From Callorhinchus milii (Eukaryota), in assembly GCF_018977255.1 (NCBI RefSeq), contig NW_024704743.1, positions 96,164,001 to 96,228,000 on the forward strand: a stretch of 64,000 nucleotides of DNA. Direction: 5' to 3'. Below, piece after piece: positions 25,701 through 37,700 of the stretch; within the stretch, counting starts at the first letter, position 1; each line of letters begins with the position of its first letter. The notes beneath the pieces were generated by a model. The model searched no databases and had not been told where the DNA came from. It saw nothing but the letters and a program-made list of their open reading frames with translations. Made by a program: the position numbers and the translations under genes.

Positions 25701-28700
25701 TTAGATAGAAAGCGTATTGAAAATTAATCCTTTGTGCTTTTAAACTAGGCTCTCATGTTAAGTACCGCAGTTCCAACAATAATTGGATTCAGCATGTGGA
25801 GGGATGTAAGTATATCACTAAACGTTTTGCAGTAACTGAAAAGTATGTGAACCACATGTATGTTAGCTTTTGGGCAGTAGGAGATGTGAGATCCCATCTT
25901 AGTATCCCTAGATATTAACCTAGTTAACCTACTGCACTTAAATTCCCCGCGGTAGACACGCCTGGCATGTCGAGGCCTATTTCCGGCAACATTTCTGCTG
26001 ATGGAACATCTGTTGTCGCTCATGTTAGTTAAGCACCAAACTTGGGATGAGAAGGTTCTGGGTTCAGGTGGATCCACTCATCCTTTCAAGGTTGTTAGAA
26101 ATGAGCACTGTGTCATTTTCAAAACCAACTTCCTTGGAAGGGAGGTAAGTGAGGTCTGGGACTCAACTGGGATTGAGGAGACAAAGGCTGGCTGGTCAGC
26201 AGTCAAACAAAATGTTGGTTTGTCTGCCACCTGCAAGGCAAAAGGGATAGATTGGTCCAAGCGAGAATGTCAGTGCTGTTACTGATTCACCGTCTTATTA
26301 TTGAGCCACTACTTGCCGAGCAGCATTGCAGATACTCGGTGTCCCAGAATAGCGAAACCTTGGGGTGACGAGAAGCAACAATGTCTGGGAAAAGAGAGAG
26401 AGAATAGATAACATTTATTGGCTACAATGCTAACCACTGTAAAAAGATGGTGTGTTAGAGTAAAGGCAAATGATTCAGACAATGGTGTTCTCTCCTTGTT
26501 TTTTCTCAGTTCTTTCCAGAAGTTATGGATGAACTCTCTGAACTTCAAGAATTCTATGATACTGATACAGTGGAATTGATGAATTGGATCAGGTGAGGTG
26601 TACCTTTGTGCCTGCACTATATAACGTATCTGATCTTTGCCTTGTGCTTCTTTCACGTGAGGCAAATTAGATGGTGTTAAATATGTCGTCCCAGTCTGGC
26701 CTGAGTTAGCTGATCTTAGTCACGACAGCAGTTGCAATACTATAATTGGTGTTAGTAAAACTGGATTACGGAGGGTAAAGCACACAGACTGGAAGGTATG
26801 TAGGCTTAGTGATTGGTTAAGGACAGGATCAAACCTTTTTAAGATATAATTAAGTCAAATTGACTCGGTTGGTAGCATATTCAGCTCTGAGTCAGAAGAT
26901 CATGGGTCAAGTCCCACTTTGAATTCATGTAATCCAGGCGGATACTCCAGTGCAGTGATAGGGAAACCCTGGAAGTGCTGCATTGTTGGAGCCATCCTTA
27001 GTGTAAAACGTTAAACCGAAGTCTCATCTTCCTGCTCAATTCCTGAATGAAATAGAGTGTGTGTTACTGCTGTTGTTGCTGCTATTTGTTGTTGGGGATC
27101 CTGTTTGTCACAGTGGATCAGAAAGACTTAATTCTTTCCTTTCCAAAAGAATGTTTTGACATTTTCGAGGAGATTAAAACATTTTGCGCAAACACTGCCT
27201 TTTATTTTGTTGCTGTACCAGTGCTGAGAAAATGTTCATTGGAGAAACATGGTAGAGGCAATGCTGCCTCCCATCCAGGTACGTAAAGTGAGACTTTTTC
27301 AGGGAACCCAATGTGCTTCACAGTAACCTATACAATTCCTGCTTTGACCATGATCTCGCAGTCAGTAGTATTCCCTGTGGTAGACAGGCCTGGCATGTTG
27401 AGGCACTATTTCCGTCAGCATTCCTACTGATGTTTTTTCCGACGAGCTCTTCGTAATGTGAAGAACATTACTAAGAATGTATTGTGAAGAATATTTTACT
27501 GCACATAGCCAGCCCTGAAAAGTCACTCTGTATTTAGCCCTATATAATACAATTTATATTTGTATTGCACCTTTCACTTTGAAGAATGTCTCAAAGTGAT
27601 TCACAATCTGAGCCAGGGGTAGTGGGGGAGAGGGAGCTAAAGAGATTTGGGGTGGGTGCGAAAAAGACGACTGAAATGCGGTCAAAGTCTTGAGGTGGGC
27701 TTAAACTATAAACTAAACAATCAAACTTTCAGGGAATTAACTCCATGGAGTACTAATTAGAACCAGCTTTTGTTATTATTGTGCATTTAATCACCAATTT
27801 GTGAGTGTAATGAGGAGTGGGGGTACACAATCTTGTGGTCCAATTTCTTCAGGCAGACCATGACCCTCCTTTTGTAGGCCAGCTCAGATGGCTTGTTGGA
27901 CACAGTCAGATAAAACAAAGGCAGGTCCCGGAGTGACGCAGAGCAGATTCTTAGTTAGTGCAGAAGGCCTCGTGCCGAGCTGGAACCATGTCTATCAGGC
28001 TCTTTTCAGCAGCCTCCACTCTGCATACAGCTGAGCGTCATAACAACCTGTACCAACTTCATTTACAGCAATGTTTTAACTGGTTGGTCCATTACTTTGT
28101 TGCAGAAGCAGGACATCAGCCTGCATAGCAGTACATAGCGCTCTGACCGCTTTGAAGCCCCATATCAAGACTTGGAATCACACAGTCTAGCTCTTCCAAT
28201 ACAGTGCTAGGGCCGTGTTGCTTTGTCAGAGGTGCTTTGAGACGTCTCAACGACGTGATAAGACACTACATCAAATGCAAGGATTATTATTATCATTTAA
28301 CCTCGTGTCTTAGCAGAATCTTAGCCTCTAATCATTGCCTTTTTCTACTATCCAGTCACAGCTGTAGAGAAAGAGAGAGAATATTTTGATCATCCCAATG
28401 GTTAAGCATATATAAACTAACCTGCTGGGAGTTCTGCACAAATAAAAATTTCCCGATGTCTGGAATGAAATGCTCACTCTCCTCAGTGGCGAGAGGCCAG
28501 GACAGTGTGGTGGGGGCCAGGACACAAGACTCATTTGAAAAGCAGCTTGATGCTGTGATGAGGGGATGGTCGGGGCAGGTGTTCTGGAGGGATGAAATTG
28601 AGTGTGCTGAGAGGTCATCTTCATCCAGACCAATCTTATGATATAAATGCAAGTTGTTGTGGTTCCCCTTTCGTGTAGTATTTGACCACTTCAATACCAT

Positions 28701-31700
28701 ATTGGAATTAATACCTTCAATACCTGGTTTCTACACCTTTGTTTTATCATTTATCCTTAAGAATTTATATAAATACTCTGTACACAGAAGAATGTTTGGT
28801 GTGTGATTCTTTTCTGAGCCTAGGATTGTGGTCTGTTTGTACAGCGTAAAACTTTAGCCTTTGTTGCCTAGCAGCAACATGGTAGGCTGTAAGTAGCTGA
28901 AGTAATTTAGCAAGGAATGTAAAGAACTATTTATTTTCAGTGATAAAATTCCCGATTTAATTTCAGTCAGTTGGCATTTAGTTAACTGCACTGCCATCCT
29001 CTCACTCTTATCTCGTTCAGTACTTTCATACCTGCAGGTGCTATATAACGCAAACCCTCATTTAACATGTTTGCGGATATTCATCATTCTAGATTTGTGT
29101 ACCTTTCAGTAACAGGAAGCTGATATCAGGTAGTTAAGTAAGTGGCTTCAGGAAGATTAGTTAACTCACTTCAGATAATGCAGTGTTATTTGTAACTAAG
29201 TTCTAAACTCTCGGCAGTAGCATGCTGTATGTTGCACTTCCACGTAATGCTAATTCACAGTAAAAATATTAAGTGTGGTACAATGCACACTATATGTTTT
29301 TATATTTGTTGGACTAAAAATTCTGGTGAGGATATATTTATAGAATATATTAGCTTTTTTTTAACAATTTTTTAATGTCATGGACATTTTCAGTTAAGAA
29401 GTCAAGTCGCGAGGCCATGTCAATACCCTATCAAGCTCTCTTTCTAAGACATTTGCTATCTGCTGCTTAGTCCACATTTCGACCCCTCTTGTTGTCATCT
29501 GCAAATGCAACTACCTTGCACTGAGTCTGCGAATCCAGGTTATTCGTGTTTACAAGGAACAAGAGGGATCTCAGTACAGACCCCCGCGTTCAATCCCTCC
29601 ACTCATTTTGACCCAGGTCTCCTAACAATGACAGTCTGCTTCCTTCTGTTTAGTTAATTTTGAATCCATGTTCATGTCTTACTTTGATGCCCAATGACCT
29701 CAGTTAGTGGAGGAGACTCTCTAAAAAGTCGAACACCTTTTAGAGTCTGGATACACTACATGTACAATCTTTTAGAATTCAAAATGTACTTTTTAAACTA
29801 AAGTTCAGCAATCTCAGAAGGTAGATATTTAACATTAGAATATAGTTTATTTCCACAATTTTAAACTTAATCCCGAGAAACCTGCAGAAGCAAAGAAGAA
29901 GGAAATAGAGGGATAAGAGGAGTCTCAGGAGGAGGGATTAGGATGGCTGCAGTATAAACACTGGAACGGACTAGATGGGTCAAATGGTTTGGGTTCAGTG
30001 CTGTGGATTCTATGTAAAACCCTTTAGTATGTTTAAAATGGCTCCGATCTACCTCCCTTTTGATTAATGTATTTCTCACTCGTGCTTTCTGCACTGCCTA
30101 CTATACCATTAGTTGAGAAATACTGTATCAAATCACTGAATGTGCTACTCTGAAGCTAGTGGCTGAAAGGCAAGAGCGAGTGGACATGGGGCTGACCCCC
30201 TTCTCTACACATTGTTCCTACCTGACTGTCCAGTCCAGATGAAGAGCTTACATTTCGGGCAGTCTCAGGCACTGGCACACCAACACATCATGTTGTACCA
30301 TCCCAACCCACTCACATCTTAACTATGTCAACTAAGTGCTGCAGTTTCAATTCATACGTTTAATCAACTTCTTTATTCTTGTTGTACAGAAAACAAACCC
30401 CTACTGCTGCTGTGCTGGCTGGCAGCATGCAGCTCATGGGAACAGTCAAGCTGTGCACAGGGCGGACTGTGACCACCCATCCACTATATTCAGATAAGGA
30501 CCTAAGAAAAAGAACAGAAGAGGTGAGCACTTTCCATTGAATTGAATAACTGCTTACCGACACATTACTCTAGATGTCATAGTATTGCCCCCAAATGAAC
30601 AGCACTCCTCTGCTAAATTGTAAAATCCTGCAGATGCTGGAAGTCTGAAACAAAAACAGGGATCGCTTGGAACACTCAGCAGGTCAGGCAGCATCTATGC
30701 AGAAAGGAAAGTGGGTCAAAGTTTCGGGTCCACGACCCTTCGTCAGAGCTGAGGGATGTTGGTAGGGAGAAGTTTTAAGGACAAACAGAGAGGGAAGGCG
30801 CGGCCAGAAAGACAAAGGAGAAAGTGGGGTGGAGGACAGGGGATGATGGGTTAAAGAGGTGTCAATGATGCAAAACAAAGGAGGGCACCAGAGGCAGACC
30901 AGAGAAAGGGTGTGTCTGGGACCCAGATGATGTGCTGATGGTCACTGAAGAGGGTGAAGGGGAATGTGAGCTGTTACGAGAGATAGGAAGATGAGAGCTG
31001 TTCTTATGGTCTGAAGTGGTTGAAATTGATAATGAGGCCAGAGGGCTGTAAGGTCCCTAGCAGATAGATGAGGTGCTGTTCCTTGAGCTTGCGCTGGGCT
31101 TCATTGGAACAGTGTAGGAGACCATGATGGAAACGTCAGAGTGCAAGTGGAAGGGAGAGTTGAAGTGGCAAGCATGGTGGAGGGGAATTCTCGGCCGAGG
31201 AGAAAGGAAGACATTTCAGCTGCTCTGGTGTGAAAGGTGACATCATCAGAGCAGATGCAGCGGAGGTTCGAGGAACTAGAAAATGTGAATGGAGTCTTTA
31301 CACGCAGTGGGTTGGGAGGAAGTGTAGTCCAAGTAACGGTGAGAGTTGGTGGGCTTGTAAAAGCTATCTGGATAATCTATGCCCCGAGATGGTGAAGTCG
31401 AGGAAGGGAAGAGTCGGAGATGGACCATGTGAATGTAACGGAGGGGTGGAAGTGAAATTGGCGAATTGTTCCAGCTCAGTGCGAGAGCCAGGAAGCAGCT
31501 CCAGTACAGTAATCGATGTATCTGAGGAACAGATCGGGAGGGGACCTGAGTAGGCCCAGAACAAAGAGTGTTCCAGGTGGCCTACAAACAGACAGGGATC
31601 CATGTGTTCCCATAGCGACACGTTTTACTTGGAAGAAGTGGGTGGATTTGAAGGTGAAGTTGTTTAATGTCAGAACAAGTTCAGGCAGATGGAGGAGGGT

Positions 31701-34700
31701 GGTGGTGGTGGAGATTGTTTTGGCCGCTGTTCCAGGTGGAAGGGGAGGGCCTGCAGGTCGTCCTGGTGAGGATTGGAGGTGTAGAGGGACTGAAGATCAA
31801 TTGTAAATAGGAGACAGTCAGAGTCAGGGAACTATGGGGGTTGGGGGTCTGTGAGGTTGGAGGCTGTGGGGGGAAGATCCCAGAGGAGATGAGGTCATTG
31901 AAGGTCTCAATGATAATGACTTGGTGTTGACTGATGGAATCAAAGTCCAGGGGAGGTAGGAGAGTTGGCCAGGTAGAGGTCCATTCCCTCCTATAATTAT
32001 GGCATGTTGTGTATTACCATGTGTAGCTATATACTGAAATAAATCTCTAAAGCTGACTTGTGCTTTTATTAGCTCAATCTGTCCACTGAAGAATTGATTT
32101 CTGGGTGGGAAGAATTGGCACCTATTGGAACTGTACCCCAGTGGATGAAATTGAGAAAACCCTCCACAATTTTGACCAATTTGATGTGTTTATGCTGTGT
32201 TTATGCTGTAGCCAGTCCCAGCCCTAAGTCACCAATGCCAACATTGTCAGTGGACTGACCCCTCTACCTAGCACTGGTGTGTGTTTGACTATTTAGTACA
32301 GGCCTCTCTGCCTGTTTAAGACAGCACCCAAGAGGTGCTGCAACAACACTAAAAATGCATTATGAAAGCAGTACATGTAGTTAGTGCGTACGATCGCTTG
32401 AAAGCACTTTACATTTAAGAGGTGGATTATTATGTTGCCAAGGGATATATGAGTCGGAGCTCAGGAGGGGATCAAGGTGGTTTACAATCAAAATTAAGTG
32501 TCTCTGAGTTTTGCGGGTCAAGTCCTTATTTTCTGCTTCAGAGGTTAGGAAGCTTCCCACCTTCACTTGCAGCAGAAAACTTGTGCTTTCACTGGTTACT
32601 TGCATTTTGATTATTGATGAAACTCAAGGAAACTCTGTGTCTCTGTGTGTCTATGTGTCTGTGTGTCCCCGGGCAAACTCATACCCTGCAGAAAGCCAGC
32701 ACCTCCGCAGGTGAAATGGCAAAGAATCTGGCAGTAGCATGGCAAGTGCTGACACTGTCTGAATATGCCCATGATTCATTCCTTGGGAACAGATAATAAT
32801 AATAATAATCTTTGAATTTGATATAGCACCTTATGTCGTTGTGCTTCACAGGGTATACTGTAAAGTGAATTCACTGTGTATTTTATGGGTGAACATGCTT
32901 AAACTTCAAGGTTTGTTTTGCCCACATTGAGCTGAAGGAAATTGAGGCTCATCCAGGATATGTCTCCTAGTAAAGTAGTCAGATATCACTACTAATAGAG
33001 ATATCCTTGTATAAAAACACAGATGTGTGTTCCTTTTCATGAAGTTTCCAGATCCACCCAACCAGGACCTTTGCTGTAAATGATCTGTTTTCAGAAGATC
33101 TTTCTGTCTCCAGATCTACCAGGTGTACTCTCGGAGATCTGCAGAAGATATTTATATGATTCTCACATCCTACAAGACTAATTATGTAGTGGTTGAAGAG
33201 GGAATCTGCAATGAGATGGGACCAGTGAAAGGCTGCCGAGTTAAGGACTTACTGGATGTTGCTAATGGCCATGTGAGTATATTGAAAACCTGCTTTCAAA
33301 ACACCTACACAGTGCAGTGGTAGAAGATTCGGAATAATATTGGTGGGGGTGAAACAATTGTATGGTAAGGAATAGAGCAGAAATAACTGATTCTCTGTCT
33401 TTTTTATTAAAAAAGTATGAAACCTCTCATTTAATTCACCTAGTCTTCCTAGTAATCCAGCAGTAGTCAGAGGAGTAGATGATTGACCTGATCTCGGTCT
33501 CTCTGAGTGGTCAGCCACTGGGAATTAAGGAGAACAGGTCGAGGTGACTCTGCTTGTTCCCACAACTGGTACCTGGCCTCTGCTTTTGTTGTGTAATAAC
33601 CAAAATCTTCATGTGATCAGCCTTGGGGATCAAACCTCCCAATTCAGTGCATTGAGCCTCCGTACCACACCCTTCCTTATCTTTGTTTTATTCCTGCCTG
33701 ATTTCTTCCTTTTCTCTCCCTTTGCAATGTGTTGAATGTTACAGATATATGGTTTCACTCTTGCTGGGCTCCCTCCCTCTGGTGGTACCTTGCCCAAGTA
33801 GCTGCTCTTTATATGAGCCTAGAGTTTTGCATATTGGCATGGAATAGTAGCACAGATGTGCTTGATATTTTCCTTGCGATCAGGAGCTGGTATCCTGGAT
33901 GATTTTGTTATTCCTACCAGTTCTTGGGCACTAAAGGTCAATTATTACCTTTAGCCAAGAAACACTAACAGCACAGATTAGTGATTTAGAGGGTGTTCAC
34001 ATGGATTGATAATACACCAAGTGCTTTTACCCACTTGTCCATCAGAAGGAGTCTATCAATTTCTACTCTCATATTAGCTTGTTGCCTTCACAAAGTCCAT
34101 TCCCCGCCACCCCCCCCCCCCCACCCCCATGAAGTTTGGGAATTTAGTAACTCATGGTGGGTGGAGAATGCTTTCAATCCGGCTTATTTATATCAAACAG
34201 AATTTTTAAATAAATTTATTCCAGTGAATACCAATGTAACGTTACCATGTAATTGAAACACTTTGACTTACATTATCTTTTGCTATTTTGGTGACCGAAT
34301 TATAAGTACTGTATGATTTCTGTGAAATAACCTGGGAATTCTTCCTCACATTTGTTGCTATCAGGTTATGTCCAGGCAAAGCAGTGCTAATAATAATTTG
34401 ATCTAGTGCCTTATCACATCATTGAGACATCTCAAATCGCTTCACAGGATATATTGTAAAGTGGATTGACTGTGTATTTTGTGAGCGAAAGCAAGATTCA
34501 CTTCCTTAAACCTAGTGCAGAGATATTTATAAGTAGATGGGTTGAGGTTTATTCCAAGAACACTTTGTATTTCTGATTCATGTGGAAGTTTTATCTGAGC
34601 CCAAGAACAACAACAACAACAACTTGGATTTATATAGCACCCTCCACGCCGGACGGCATCTCAGAGCGCTTTACCGTAACGGATCCCGGGACCGAGCCAG

Positions 34701-37700
34701 GGGGAGGGGGAGGAAGGTGACCAAAGGCGCGGTAGAAAAGAAAGGTCTTCAGCAGAGACCTGAAAATGGGAAGGGAGGGAGCGAGACGAAGGGAGTGAGG
34801 AAGGCAGTTCCAGAGCCTCGGGGCATAGTGGCTGAAGGCACAGCCGCCGAGGGTGGAGCGGAGGACTCGGGGGACGAGGAGGAGGCCAGACCCGGAGGAA
34901 CGGAGGCAGCGGGTACTGTTTTGAGGAGAGAGGAGGTCAGAAAGGTAGGGGAGTGCAGAGGAGTGCAGGGACTTGAGGACCTTGAAATCGATCCTCTCGG
35001 GGATAGGCAGCCAGTGCAGTCTGGCAAGGACTGGGGTGATCGGGGAGCGGAGTTTTTTGTGCGGGTGAGAATGCGGATGGCAGAGTTTTGAATGATTTGG
35101 ATTTTATGGATGGTAGTGGATGGGAGACCGGCGAGGAGGGTGTTCGAGTAGTCCAGCTGAGAGGTGACAAAGGCATGGACCAGGGTTTCAGCGGCTTTTG
35201 GGGAGAGGTATTGGCGGAGACGGGCAATGCGTCGGAGGTGGACGAAAGCGGTGCTGGTGAGGGACCCGATGTGGGGGAGGAAGGATAATTGAGGGTCAAA
35301 CCTGATGCCGAGGTTGCGTATGGGTTCGGAGAGTTTTAAGGAGAGGTCGGGTAGGTGGAGGAGGTGAGAGCCGTGAGATTTTAGACGTTGACGAGAGCCA
35401 AAGAGTATGGCTTCTGTCTTGTCAACGTTCAGCTGAAGGAAGTTTGCGCTCATCCAGCCGCTGAGATCTGACAGGCAGGCTGACAGAACATCAGGGGACT
35501 GGGGGTCGCAAAGAGAGGTGAAAAAATAGAGTTGGGTGTCATCTGCATATATGTGGAAATGTACCCCATGTATGCGGATGACATCCCCAAGAGGGAGCAT
35601 GTAGATTAAAAAGAGGAGGGGGCCAAGGATGGATCCTTGAGGTACCCCACAGGTGACCGGGTGAGAGCGGGAGGAGAAGCCATTTGTGCAGATGTACTGC
35701 TGGTGGTTTGTGAGGTAGGACTCGAACCAGGTGAGTGCGATCTCTCTGAGGGGGATGACGGAGGAAAGGCAGTGGAGGAGGATGGCGTGATCGACTGTGT
35801 CGAATGCGGCGGAGAGGTCCAGGAGGACGAGGAGGCAGAGGGAGCCCTGGTCACAGATAGAGAGGATGTCGTTTGTGACTTTCACAAGCGCAGTCTCTGC
35901 ACTGTGAGCAGGGCGGAAACCGGACTGGGGTTCAAAGAGGGAGTGGGAGGAGAGGTGTGCGCGGAGTTGGTTGGCAACAAGGAAACCCAGCAAAGCAGAA
36001 TTATTTTTGCTTTAATGCTTGAATTCAATTTAAATATGTGGGTTGCTCTGCATAATGAAGCTCAAAGACCACGAATGGGCAGTACTCTGTGCCATTAGAT
36101 TCATCCATGTAGTTTGTGAGCTTCAGTGGGCAGAACAGTCCTGTTTTAGAACAAGTATTTAAAAAGAAATGATCCTGCAGTACATTCTTTGTGTTGCAGC
36201 AAAGCACTCTGATGGGCAAAACGCTACTATTGAGTAGCATAAAATCAGTCCAGTGCTCAAATTATCTTTGCAAAGTGCTCAAAGTGCTGAACTGAATTGC
36301 CTCACTGCAAATTCCTTATTAATTGTGCAGTGTGCAGTTGGCTTGTCCTGCCACTGGTGCGCTCATTATTAAAATCTGTTTGACATCATGTATATTTAAA
36401 TCAACTATTGAATCAGCAACTGCATCAATGATCTTTTTAAAAGATAAATGTATAAAATAATCGTAGGCCAAACTAGGCTGTTGCATTTCATTCTAATGCA
36501 TTGACTAAAATATAATAGCAAAAAGTGTTCTGCTTTTAAGCTCCATTGCATTGAAATGTCGACTAACCAAAGCAAACTAGTTATTTTGCTAAAGTACTAA
36601 ACTAAAGATATTTCCTTTAATTTATTTTGTTGGGGCAGAAGGAATAGAATATGCTGACCAATCTTTCTTTTCACTCTTGACTCTTGTTAGATATTATTCA
36701 AAAAGTCTTTAAAATTATGTAGCTTTAAGCAAAGGAGATTTTGTTGCTTAAGAGATGTAATGATAAATTGCTGTTGCAAGATGGATATTGAAAGCTTTTT
36801 TGTGTTGCAGTGAGTTGCTGCAATTGCATGCCTCTTGTGAATCTGTATTATTAATGTATAATTTAAATAATTAAATTAATACAATCTTCTATAAGAGGTT
36901 GGCTATTTCTTCTTTCATAGCGTGATCCCTGGTGAATCTTATATCTTTGTAGCAGTAAATCCAAATTCACTATTATTTTGTTTGGAGAATATGTAGAAAG
37001 AGGCCAGATTCTGCATCGTGCTCCAACACTATCCTATGAAAAGGGCACTACTTAAATGTGAGTTATTGTTGCAGAATTCTGCATTCTGAAAATAGCATTA
37101 AGTTTGCTATGTAGAACTTCTGATGGCAGGATTGATAAAGCTATAGTCCTGTGTGAAACTGAATTATACAGATCACAAACATTCAGTTAACAAAAGGAAA
37201 AATACTGCAGATGCTGGAAATCTGAACTAAAGGCAGACCTCAGAGTTCTGCCAAAAGGTCATCGACCTGAAATGTTAACTCACTTTCTTCTCTCCATAGA
37301 TGCTGCCTGATCTCCGTGTGTTCCCAGCGACTTTTGTTTTTATTACAAAGATTCAGTTCCCAGGTTTGAGCTGATCTCAGCCAGGGATCTGTTTCTGAGT
37401 CTGTGCTGAATTAGTTGATCGCATCTGGGATCTAACGTTAGCATAGAGCTATCTGATCTTAGTCAGGGCAGTCTCAGTCCCGTTGACCTACAATGAAGAA
37501 AACTAGGCTTGGAATTCAGGATCCTGATTTCTATCCAGTCATCCTCTGCTCGAAAGTTAGATGAGATCAAGAGTGTCTGTGAGGTCCTCCCATGACCAAA
37601 CAACCTGCCCACATTCAATGTCCTTGCTCATATGAAGAATGGCCACTTAGATAAGGTTTCAGAGTCTCTGGTGCCCAACAAGTCCTTGCATTTAGGAGAG

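Noticed and set aside
25942..26003. C/D snoRNA or ribozyme interpretation of the duplicated intronic motif
   Set aside because: A terminal CTGA is present but there is no conserved C box; hammerhead and HDV cores could not be built. Kept only as an unexplained motif
34749..35993. 414-aa RT ORF as an active or domesticated gene
   Set aside because: 5'-truncated L2 without endonuclease and with a frameshifted C-terminus
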